The translations under genes and the position numbers were made by a program. A stretch of DNA of 63,860 nt, the filler included, from Squatina squatina (Eukaryota): assembly GCA_031763465.1 (NCBI GenBank). It is 4 parts of 4 records of this genome, joined end to end, with 100 filler letters (N's around TTAATTAATTAA, not from the genome) between each part and the next. Parts side by side here need not be neighbours in the genome. Positions count along the whole stretch, not along the records: positions 1 to 14,212 come from JARFOE010000016.1; positions 14,313 to 27,297 come from JARFOE010000219.1; 2 more parts are not named here. One strand, 5' to 3'. This document shows, in pieces, positions 11,793 through 22,566 of the stretch. Under the pieces are notes generated by a model that was not told where the DNA came from, searched no databases, and was given only the letters and a program-made list of their open reading frames with translations. Positions within the stretch are counted from its first letter, which is position 1. Every line of letters begins with the position of its first letter.

Positions 11793-12940
11793 ATGCGGAT
11801 AAGTAATCTCTCATTTGAAACATCAGCTGTTGGAAGGAATCACTTGGTGGCTTGGCATTACAGCACACACTCAGATAAACAAGGTTGCTTAGCCTGCAGA
11901 ACACCTAACAGATGGTTCTACCGGTTGGTGGTGCAGGACAGCTGTGGTCATAACAGTGGCAAAGCACATGCAAATTTTACGGTTGTTTTTCTCACCATGG
12001 CGCTTGATGGAAGCTCCCGCTACCTGATGTCCACCTAATGAGGGCTCAAATCTACACTTCCTTAAAGACCTACTAATGACTTCTGAGGGGGTGGGGAAGA
12101 GTCTATTTGGGGTCGAGCAGGCTCCAAAATGGCAAGACAGTAATGTTGCTGGAAAATCAGAATCCAGTTTAACCTTCTGTGACAGGCTTGATATCCAATA
12201 GCTGAGCCAAGTAGGTCTGCAGTACTCCAGATACTGTTGATAATCGACCAGCCAGCCTGACAAGTTAATGGGACCTGGAGGGATAGACCTGTCACTGAGG
12301 TCTGGGATTCTTCTCACTCACTTCTATTTAATCCTGGAGGCCAATGGTCCACATGTCATTCAGCCTGACGGAAGAAAAATAAGTATATTTCAGAGTTGAC
12401 AGTCCTGTTAATGTGCAGTACCTTGTTAATCTAAAATGAGTTCCAAACATCATGGCTTCAATTGTTGTCAGTTTAAGTATGAAGTCAGGAATGCAACTTA
12501 TATGATTTTAAAAAGACAAATTTCTGAGGGATGAACTAAAAGAAATTAACTGAGAAGTTCTACTGCAAGATTGAGGAAGCTCTATTAGTGTTGAGTAAAT
12601 GCAAATTACACATACCCAAGAAAATGAAGTCCCCGGAATGAAGAAATAGGGGAATTAAAATGGGAAGAAGAAAAATAAACTGAAGAAAGTAGAGAGGAGG
12701 AAAAAAGGAGTGGCAAACTGTGGGTGAAGCATAGGACTGCCAAAACAGGTAAAAGGTTTTAGAGGCACAAAAGTGCCTAAAAGAATCTAGCAAAAGAAGT
12801 TGGTTTAAAAACGAAAAATACAAAAGGTTACTTGCGAGATGTGGAATATCGTTATGGGCTCGAATCCTGCAGTCAATGCTTCGACCCTTCTTTCTAACAA
12901 AAATGATCTGCATACTGAAGGTAACTGTAACATTATTGAT

Positions 12941-13113
12941 ATAAAAACAAAGAATGCCAGGAACACTCAGCAGGTCAGGCAACATTGTGCAGAAAGGAAG
13001 ATAGGGTTCACCCCCGATGAAAGGTCATCGACCTGAAACGCTAACCCTACCTTCCTCTCTCCACAGATGCTACCTGACCTGCTAACTGATTCCAGCATTT
13101 TCTGTTTTTATTT
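12941..13113. mobile_element. Penelope-derived foldback element (inverted pseudo-LTR arms around hammerhead-like core)
   Basis: Left arm CTCAGCAGGTCAGGCAACAT...GGAAGATAGGGTT; core CCGATGA-A-AGGTC-ATC-GACCT-GAAACGC; right arm AACCCTACCTTCC...ATGCTACCTGACCTGCT. Confidence 0.75.
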
Positions 13114-14212
13114 CACTCAATAATTGCTGTGGTTTGCACAACAAATCTGGTGCTGTCACTTGTAAGGTTTCAGTGATAGTTTTCAAATCCATAGACTGTT
13201 GAGCAAAATAAATGTGTGGAATACAATTAGGTGTAAATCACCACCTGCTCTATAATATATTGTGAAGTACTTGAAACAATCGGCAACTAGTTTACAGATT
13301 TGTTTATAAGTAATAGCGCATTATAAATAGTTTATTTTTTGCAAACCAGATTAAAGTATTGCACAACTATTACACTGTTGAAATTTGATGGCAAATTGTC
13401 ACCAACAAATTTGAACCCTAAGTACAGTATTGAGGTCTTAGCAGTGTAAAAATGATTAAATCAGCTTATTTTCATGACATTCCATCAAACAAGTACAAAT
13501 AAACTTCTATACTTGGCACAGTTAATTAAATATTTCTCATTTCTCGTTTATTGCAAAGTTAAAACACCATTATGCAACTGCTAAACATGAAATCAGTTAC
13601 AAATATCACAAACAATAAATTCAGCTGTAATATAAAATATTGGGATTGGTGAAGAAAGTCACTCATGATAGTTATTGTAGATTTAAAAAATGCTACTCAG
13701 CTATTAGGTTTTGAACATGTGCAGTTCAATAACTGAATGCATCAGTTGTGATCACTTCACCATAACAAATGCTTTACAGAGTTAACCTCAAATGTATAAC
13801 ACTACTGATTATTTAAAAGTAGTCTAGCATTAACAAAGCATATTTAGAATTCAATTCCAAATTTTGACTAAATGAGGCACTCCATAGACTAAAAATAACA
13901 CAAGATTAGCTCACGTACAATTTCCAACAGACACTAATTTAATTAGAATTAGGCATTTTGATTTTATTTACTGTAATATACAGCATTTTTAATCACAGTA
14001 TATCTGTGTTGCTATGATGGCTACGCTTGGAAAAGGGCAATTCTGTGATTCCTGAAGGTGGGAGTTTGCTCCATGCTTTTGTCCGATGAGAACCAAGATG
14101 AAGTGACATGTCTGTGTTTTGACCAGCTCCATTTATGTTCAACTGCTGTTGTAGGTAATTATTGGTAGATACCAGAGATCTAGGAACAAGACCAAGACAA
14201 AAACTAGCAGGT

Positions 14213-14312
14213 NNNNNNNNNNNNNNNNNNNNNNNNNNNNNNNNNNNNNNNNNNNNTTAATTAATTAANNNNNNNNNNNNNNNNNNNNNNNNNNNNNNNN
14301 NNNNNNNNNNNN
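14213..14312. other. Artificial scaffold spacer N44-TTAATTAATTAA-N44
   Basis: Palindromic six-frame stop linker in exactly 100 nt; identical at 27298 and 48458. Confidence 0.97.
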
Positions 14313-15326
14313 TTGCATTAGAAGTCCTATCGTTGCGCAGCCAGGCTCAGTACCCTGCACCCACATTATTTTGTCTCCACGAATCGTTTTATTGGAAGTA
14401 CCACTTGGAGCGGTTATTTCTTTATCTGAACTTGTGGTACTCTGACCTGCCAGCGTTCCATCCTCAAAATTACCACTCTGATGGAGAGCCACAACTTCTT
14501 GCAAAATTTTGTCGCCAATTTTCTGCCCCAAGAAGTCGTCCACAAAACATAAGCCGTATTGATTCATGCAAGGTGCTATATGATCTAACACCAGCCTTGC
14601 TAAGTTCATTCTCTTACTGCTTGTAGTTTTAGTACAAAGATGTTTATTCAGGGTATCAGATACTACCCACGATTCGCAATTTACTTGACACTGAACCTCT
14701 CGGTTATTAGAAGATCCTTTAGAACTATTTGGCAGCTCATCCTCAGTACCTGCATCTTTTCTTTTCACTTTATTGTCACTTTCTAAACTACCTGAAGTTT
14801 TTGTGAAAAGTGTATTCATTGGGTCCAAAGAATCTCCGGGCAGTGTTGCTATTTGGGTGTGCACGAGTGGCGGACTGTGAACCGCGCTGGCATGTGGAGA
14901 GTTCGTGTTGTACGTGTGGAACGGCATGTCCGCGTGTTTATTTACTTGCTGGGGACACAGGCGTTTGCGCGGCCGCTCTGCGCAGTCCCAGTCTGCCCGG
15001 GGCGCGCTCCCGGCCGCGTTGTGCTCGTGTTCCCCGAGCAGCTGCAGGCGGCGCGAGCTGTCAGCCGCTCCCGCGCGCCGCACAGCTCCTTCGTTCGCCA
15101 TGCGTCCCACGGCGAGCCCGCTCGCGCCGTTAGGTTCCACCGGCAGCCGCTCGAGACGATTCGCGCGGTCGGGCTCCACGGGCGGCCGATGTGAACCGCC
15201 TTGCGCGAGCGGCTGGAGCGCACTCGTGCCGCTGTCAGGTTCCGCGACGACCTCTTCCAACCTGCGCTTGGTGCCCACGTCGTGAGCTCCCCCGCTGCTA
15301 CGAGTAGTCCCAGGTTCGTTTTCCAT
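14313..15326 (-). CDS. EGLN: EGLN/PHD-family HIF prolyl-4-hydroxylase, first coding exon, truncated by scaffold end; paralogue unresolved
   Basis: LARLVLDHIAPCMNQYGLCFVDDFLG...LHQSGNFEDG...IRGDKIMWVQGTEPGCATIGLLM matches PHD2 [25 protein letters not shown]...IRGDKITWIEGKEPGCETIGLLM; first in-frame ATG 15326 in good Kozak context (GATATGG). Confidence 0.93.
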
Positions 15327-15650
15327 ATCCTTTTTTTGCTTCACTTCTGGAGCATGGTAACAAGTCTCTGGTAAAAGAACCTCGCTTTCTACCGTCTGCC
15401 CGATCGCATTGCCCAGTTCTTCTGTTTTCCTCGTCTAGCCAATGGAACAAGCAGTCCAACTCGCCAAAGTCAGACGCGATTTTGGCGTCGCGTCTTTAAA
15501 TTATCCCGATCTCGCATTCGCTCCTCTTCCTCGAACCTGGTGCGCGTGCTCGCAACGTTCCCTTGCTCGGAGCCGTCGAGGTGCCGCGAGCCGCTGGCAT
15601 TTCCCAACCGCTCCTGCACGCGTCCGATGTCCTGCTACCGCTTTCTAAAC
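14860..15650 (-). promoter_or_regulatory. CpG island / probable promoter of the EGLN gene
   Basis: Dense CpG and high GC against AT-rich background, spanning the start codon; CCAAT at 15439. Confidence 0.75.
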
Positions 15651-16659
15651 TCCTCCAACCATGTCATCATATCCAACTCTTTCATCGGACTGGTTGTAAA
15701 GTTTAGCAAATCATAAATCACATTATACTGCAGTAGCAAAACCCGTTGTACCTGAGGCAACCGTCAATTCACAATATGTTGCCGCGCTTTCGGAACGTTT
15801 CCATTGGCAAGACCTTTTAAATCGACATCCACCTCACCACCACCCGACAGAAAGCGAGCCCATGAAGTTATAAAACTTATTGACAAACAAATGTTTGATA
15901 TACACGCTTCGAAAAGTACATTACAACTCTGGATTTATACCAAGCTGTTCTTATTTATACTCCTGGCCATGTGACTAATGTATTTTGGGAAATGAATCGT
16001 AGCATGCGTTTCTACGTAGGAAGACGGGCAATCTCAAAACGGATCGAAGTGAATGATTAGCCTACACAGGTAGATGTCTTGTAAGTTCTATGCCTGTATA
16101 TTACCCCATGAAAATATAAGGTTTCTCCAAAAGGTCAGTATTATTGCCAGAATCAGCAATGTTAAGATGCATTAAAAATCTATTGAATTTTACCAAGGTT
16201 TAATGTGCATCAAATATAAAATCTGACCATTTAAAGCAAAGTGTAAAATGACATTCACTACTACCACTGTAGATACCAAATAACTTAGGCTTAGGGGATA
16301 ATGCAATTTTATTAAATATACAATGTAAAATGTTACAAAAGAGCCCTGTCATCTAAGAAAAGGGAAAAGAAAGACCTTTCTGGTCCTCTGGTCTTCCAAA
16401 AGCACTTTCATATATTGAAGATTTGGCACATTCTGTTTTCGTAAACCACATAGAAAGGTACGAATTTCCAGAACCTGAAAGAACTGCCACATTCCATCTG
16501 GCCAGTCCCAGGAAACAATCATATTTCATAATATCTCATAGCCTCTCATAACGTGTCAGNNNNNNNNNNNNNNNNNNNNNNNNNNNNNNNNNNNNNNNNN
16601 NNNNNNNNNNNNNNNNNNNNNNNNNNNNNNNNNNNNNNNNNNNNNNNNNNNNNNNNNNN

Positions 16660-17876
16660 GTGTGCGTGCATACCCAGGCTGTGACTTTTCATCTTCAGAC
16701 CCTGCAGAGATACCTGTATGTCAAGAATCCTCTCAGACGGGGCATGTCTTCCGCCAGCTGTACATGATGATGCATGTCTTCCGCCAGTTGTACAACCTCA
16801 ACTATGACACGCAATTCCTGTTTATAGAATTGGGGTGCAGTCACACCTCCATTCAGGAGCTGCCGTCTTTTATCAGGAACTGATCAGGACATGGAACACT
16901 GTCACCTCCAGCTGGAGTTCTCCCCCGTCAGGAGTGGCGTATCCCTCCGGGAGCTGCTGCTCAGGAATCCGCACCTCCACGATCGCAGCTTTAGGTGGCT
17001 GACTGAGGGGAGGTCCCTGGATGGCAAGGTGAACAGAGTCAGGGACGTACTGGATGGTGGATAAGCGAGCTGGATGTCGCCAGAGGAGCTGGATGAAAGA
17101 GCATGTCCTAGCATGGCATCTAGTCCGTGGCCAAAGCCATCGAGACGCTGAAAGAGGCACTTGGCCCTGACTCCACTCGGTGTCTCGAGGAGGCCCAAGT
17201 GTGTGGAGCAATCCCGTTCGAGCTGATCCCCGTTCGGACAGAATTTCTCATCGACGCCAGGCCCCGAAACCTCCCTCGGGAGCCGCAGCCTCACAGATTG
17301 AGCCATCTCTCGGAGACCTCTTCCGTGCCTTTCCACCCTGCACGGAGGGGTTTCCTGTATGGGCTGCTCTTGCACTCTCTCCACTTTGTCTTCCTCATCT
17401 GCTGTCCAGACCACCTTGCCATCTGGAGGAGGCAGGGATCCCCAATGGAGGCCTCACTACGTGAGAGCTCTCCCCTTTTTTATTGGGGACTTAGTGTGGT
17501 GGGTGTTACATGGAGCATTCCCGTGCAATAAATTTTTAAGTAGGTCCATGGACTCCCAGGCTGCCTGCAATTTCTGTGGCCTGGAGGAGTCAGTGTTCCA
17601 TGTATACATTGAGTGTGAGAGGTTGCAGCCCTTCTTCCAATTTTTGAAGTGGCTGCTCCTCAACTTTGGGTTCCACTGTAGTCCCACGCTCCTGATCTTT
17701 GGGCACCTGGTGCGGGGGGGAGTGGGCAGATCGAGGACCTCCTCATAGGACTGCTCCTGGGTCTGGCCAAGGTGGCGATTAACAGGTCCAGGCAGCGGGC
17801 GGTCGAGGGAGTCGTTCGGCCGGCCTCTCTTCTCAGGTTATGTTCGTACCCGGATGTCCCTGGAGATGGAGCACTC
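16660..17876 (+). mobile_element. Tx1/L1-group non-LTR retrotransposon ORF2 C-terminal part, frameshifted
   Basis: DLVWWVLHGAFPCNKFLSR...CNFCGLEESVFHVYIEC CCHC (zf-RVT-type) motif; reading split over several frames; short internal duplication 16742-16795. Confidence 0.85.
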
Positions 17877-18324
17877 NNNNNNNNNNNNNNNNNNNNNNNN
17901 NNNNNNNNNNNNNNNNNNNNNNNNNNNNNNNNNNNNNNNNNNNNNNNNNNNNNNNNNNNNNNNNNNNNNNNNNNNNCGGAAGATTTACAAATCTGTATAA
18001 CCCAGTTCTGTGCATATTTTCAGAAGTTTCTTTCGGATATTAATTATGAGGCTAATGTGAATATGGTCATTTATGTTTGTGGAGCTGTAATTTTAAAAAC
18101 AATACTGTCTGCAGAGTATTTGATGAATATTGCTATTAATCATTCAATAAAAACAGATTCTGTCTTATGCCATTCACTGAATTTTGATGATCTTAAATTG
18201 AAATATTATGGGAAATGTGAATAGCTTCTATCATTTACTCCTGTTATAAAATATCACTTTGCACTTTCCTGTTGATTTACTTTCTCCCAACATTTTTTTC
18301 TCATAACCATATTCCTTCTGTTAC

Positions 18325-18460
18325 ACCAGCAGCCAGAGCTCCTTCTGCCATTTTGGCCTGTCCTCTGGAACTCCCCAGCTCAGCATCTGTGCCTTGTCAC
18401 CTCCCTCCCTGCTTTCAAAATCTTCTGTAAAACCTTCCTCTTTGACCAGGCTTTTCCCCA
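18325..18460 (+). mobile_element. L2-type LINE 3' fragment
   Basis: CTCTGGAACTCCC...AAAACCTTCCTCTTTGACCAGGCTTTT, same family as 43952-44160. Confidence 0.6.
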
Positions 18461-19059
18461 ACAAGGTGGACCCCAACTTATGGTGAACAGGCAATGACAA
18501 ATGGTCTGATGGTCTGACATCACAGCAAATCATTTATATTATAGTGTATCAATAATTCAAGTTGCTGCTTTGTTTTAAATGCTGCTCCTTCCCAATCATC
18601 CCGACAGACGAAATACAGGATGGTACATTTAGAGGTTCACCCAACATCCGTTTGTGTTATTAGTTTCTTGCCGTTATTCTGATTGCCTTTTCTAGCGGCT
18701 GATCTCTCTCATAGCCTGTTTTAAGGCTGAACTTCGCAGCTCTGCTCATATCTGACTACTAACTTGGGGAAGTCTACTCTATGCTCCTCTGCTGCTGCAT
18801 TTCATCTGTATTTGGACAGGATTTGGGTGGGCTTAAGTTCTAATTGGGTGGGCCATGGCTCACCCATGGCTATGTCTCTGTTCCTGACCCTCTATCCTTT
18901 TCAGTCCAGTCGCTATCCACCACACTGTAAAGCACTCTGAGACATCTATGCGCACCTAATCAGTATAGGATTACAAATGTAAGTTTTTCTTCTTCTTTCC
19001 ATAATTCTCAAATCATAGCAAAGTGTCATTGTAGCATTTGCAACAATCACTCCTGAATT

Positions 19060-19803
19060 TCAACACAGGAATGAGTTTTTCATTCCATGATAACTTCCAG
19101 AAGCAAATGAACACATAATTCATCAGCAGTCTGGATTCAATGACAGCGCTGAACCTATAATGAACTCTGGGATAAGCATGAGTTCAGAACTGCAAGAAAA
19201 TGTGCTCCTCCTACTCAGGCAAAACAAAGTCACATCAGCGCTGTCTCAAAATTACTTCAGATACAAGTGGAGACTTAGCTGATATCATGCAGGCATCCAT
19301 GTCTCCTTGCACGTCTCACTGACAGATGATCTTGATAGGTAAGCATGTCCTGATATCTAGTTTCTTGCATTCAATGCAGCAGCAACAGCAAGACAAATGT
19401 TACATGCATCACACATCAGATTTAGTACTGAATGTTCTGGGTCCACTTGATGATGCACATATTCTCACAGCACCTGCTTGTAATGAGAGCGTCTTTCCAA
19501 AAATGGTGCCAGAATATGTAACTGGTCTGTGAGGCTATGTATACAATTATTTGTCTCACCCATCTTCATAACTGAGGGTACATGGTTTCTTGCCCAGTAG
19601 CTCTTCATGGATAAAAAATCCTCTTCCCTTGGACCCGTGCCATTCTGGGATGGTCGACCACCTGTTCTTTCTTGTGCTGCTTTGGTTGGGTGCACCTGTG
19701 CTTGATGTACCTCTTTACTTTGGAGGCTACATTGACATTTTAGCAAAATGTCAGTCAATTTTTTACACTTTCTCCCTGGAGCAACCTCCAAAGTAGGTGC
19801 CAT
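19060..19803. mobile_element. Old Harbinger fossil: transposase remnant (+) and convergent Myb/SANT-like remnant (-)
   Basis: + SGDLADIMQASMSPC and NVLGPLDDAHILTAP resemble HARBI1 MGDAIGISQASMSRC and GVMGVVDCIHVAIKAP; - KCKKLTDILLK...QERTGGRPS...PREEDFL. Confidence 0.55.
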
Positions 19804-20248
19804 TAGTCCCTGGGGACCATAGAGTTGAAGATATTGAGCTGTTGATCCCTTTTATTGCATGCAACATAAACACTTTGATAGATTCCAGCAAACCAGCCAC
19901 ATAATTTGGAAAATACACCAGATGCATCTGTGGTCTTAGCCTGCCAGTAAGTATTCATTCTGTTTCAGCTCAATTGTGGATCTGTAGAACTTTTAATGAA
20001 AGTTTTGTTAGCATCAATTTAGCAGAAGTCATCAAACTTTCTGAAAAATGAACAGTTTTGTTGAAGAGTTGCTGCAAGTGACTGAAGGTTCACGAATGGG
20101 ACTGCATATAAATGGTTAACATGAAAAAGTGTATTTCCCAATATTTAAGGAAAATTCATCATAGTTTCCCTCTAAAGATGTAACCCATCAATTCCTGACA
20201 CTCATTTCATCATTCCCATTCAAACTTCTCTTCTTCGCCTCCTTGCAG

Positions 20249-21188
20249 GAAAAGAGAGCCCACAATAAGAGGCAGAGGGAGAGAAGTGGCCCTCCATCAT
20301 TGGCGACTTTAACTGCAGCAGAGGAGGTCGCCCTGGAACCATCAGGAGTTACAGAGCAGCTGGCAGTGAGAGACGGAGAGAGGGGGACATCGCAGTACTC
20401 TGGTGACAGCTGTTTGCGATGGCCGGTGGCGCTCCAGCTGGCTGCCATGGCAGTCGGGTGCAGCTTTGCGGAGGCATGGAAGGCTGCGCTTCCGCTCCTA
20501 GTCGCGGCGTAAAACTCGGCAGCACACGGTGATGGTGACATCATCACCATGCGCACCGCCCCCTAAGCGACCCGGCATGGAATTCGCTCGGGTCCCCAGC
20601 GAAAATACCCGGCAGTGGTAGTGACTGCTGCTTGGGATGTGAGCACTTCGGCTGGCTGGGCTGCAATGCTCAGAAAAAAATTTAATTTCTGATATTTTCA
20701 TCACCGGTCGCGAGCTGAGTGCCGTGATTGGTCAGACAGATACTCTGCTTGAAAGCCGGGCTGATCGCGTGGCTCTCCCGTTCCCCGGTAATGAAAATGT
20801 TTAATTTTATAACAGAGGGAAGCGCTCTGGCAAAGCAACAGCGCCACTCCTGGCTACTGGTGGCGCTGCTGAGCTCTGCGCACCGAAGACGCCTCTTTGG
20901 CATCTCACAACCAAGAGGAGCGCCTCAGTCTCAGCCGCCCCAGGATTCAGCAACAGAAAAGTCGAATTCTGTAACTTTATGATGCTGTGGACGCCGACCG
21001 CAAATGGGGTGGGAAGTTGCCAGGTGCTGCCTGGAGTGCAGGGCTGCCGAATTTCCCCCTTGATGTCTGAAAATATGCAAAGTATGGAGGAGTCCATCTC
21101 CAACATGAGCACCACCATGTCGCAGGCGATGGCGACTGTTGGCTCTTCCATGGAAAGGGTGGTCACCTGTATGGAGCAGCTAATGCAC
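20249..21188 (+). mobile_element. Harbinger-type Myb/SANT-like accessory gene fragment, apparently spliced
   Basis: Acceptor CTTCGCCTCCTTGCAG|GAAAAG; EKRAHNKRQRERSGPPSLATLTAAEEVALE; later coiled-coil MEESISNMSTTMSQAMATVGSSMERVVT. Confidence 0.6.
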
Positions 21189-22451
21189 NNNNNNNNNNNN
21201 NNNNNNNNNNNNNNNNNNNNNNNNNNNNNNNNNNNNNNNNNNNNNNNNNNNNNNNNNNNNNNNNNNNNNNNNNNNNNNNNNNNNNNNNGTGAGTACTTTG
21301 CAGTTTGAGTACCTGAATTAGGGTAGACAATGAATTTTAATCACGTCGAACAAAGCGTACTAATCCATGCTGTAAAATGGTCACAAAGAGGTATCAGCCA
21401 TTAAAGATCCCAAAGCTAATCATTGTTACGGAACCCCTAGAAAGTGGAGATACAATCCTAAAATAGCACCACATGGTACCAAATATGTCATAGTTCCCTG
21501 GCACTGGTCAGGGGTTCGAAATGAAACATTGTGAGTAGTTTTCGGAAAGGAAGTATTTTCCACTCTGTAAACAGGTGTACCGCATAGGCACTGCCTGCAG
21601 TCATACTGTATAAAATTCAAACAAAGAATATCCCCATAGCAACCTAGTATTTTCATCTACAGCCGGACAAATATATGTGGCGCAGATGCTCTGTGGTGAC
21701 TGAAAAGCATGGGGCTTGATACTTTTGCTTGCAGCCTTTCATTCTATGAGTCATACTGACCAAAGCAATGAATTAAAGCCTCAGATTTTTTCAATGCACA
21801 ATGATGGGTTCAGTGGCTGCTGCACCGAGCTAGCTGGCTCCCCTCACGTCAGAGAGGATTCTTGAACCTGCTTGTTACATGTATCATCTGTTTGATAAGT
21901 CCCAGTCAGTGAAAATATATACAGGCGCTTTGCTTTGCCATTATCTTCTAAGCGGGATGCACTTCAAGAGCAGTGAGTCCTGTTTCAGAAGATAACTGGA
22001 CATTCCATTGCTGATCACTGTCCAATGACTTAATGGAAAATGTACACACGTGGACATCAGGTGAAGAGTCAAATAGTATATCGTCGAAGCTCACACATAA
22101 AGAAAGGTAAATTCAGAGAGGTACTAAGGGCTATCAATTTGAATTTTAATCCCCTGTAATTCCATTAAAACATGTCAAAGAGTAGTAACCAAGAAGAAAA
22201 CTTTGTATGCAGAGATTTTATTAAATTTGAAGGCAGAGCAGATATATGCTTAGTTATCCAAAGTTACTTTTCGTTTATCAATCTCCGCAAACAAATAGGA
22301 ATAATGCAACAAAACTAGAGGTGGGCCACTGACTAAGACCCATTATAAACCAAAAAGGGAAAGGGTTAAATGAGGCTAACTCTCAACTTAAACATAGCTT
22401 TAAAATGTTAATGTTGTGAATGATTTTTTGCTGCTGATTCCCCTACCTAAC

Positions 22452-22566
22452 CTGGAGTTAGAAGAATGCTTCATTATGGATGTGGTATTTGAGACACCTT
22501 TGTGCGCCCGGAGAGCCATTTTGGACTTTCTTGATATGACCATCTCTTTGACTTCTTGTGCTGAAC
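22452..22566 (-). CDS. Possible isolated 115-nt exon ((G)SAQEVKEMVISRKSKMALRAHKGVSNTTSIMKHSSNS)
   Basis: ATTTTCTTCCAG acceptor, CAG|GTTAGG donor, one open frame; no homology recognised. Confidence 0.3.

Noticed and set aside
14257-14268. TTAATTAATTAA as a biological palindrome or piggyBac site
   Set aside because: Identical, centred in N-runs three times; assembly linker
14810-15285. Overlapping + strand ORFs antisense to EGLN
   Set aside because: By-products of GC-rich, stop-poor CpG-island sequence
15540-15625. HIF response elements in the EGLN promoter
   Set aside because: Only GCGTG-type cores, expected by chance in a CpG island
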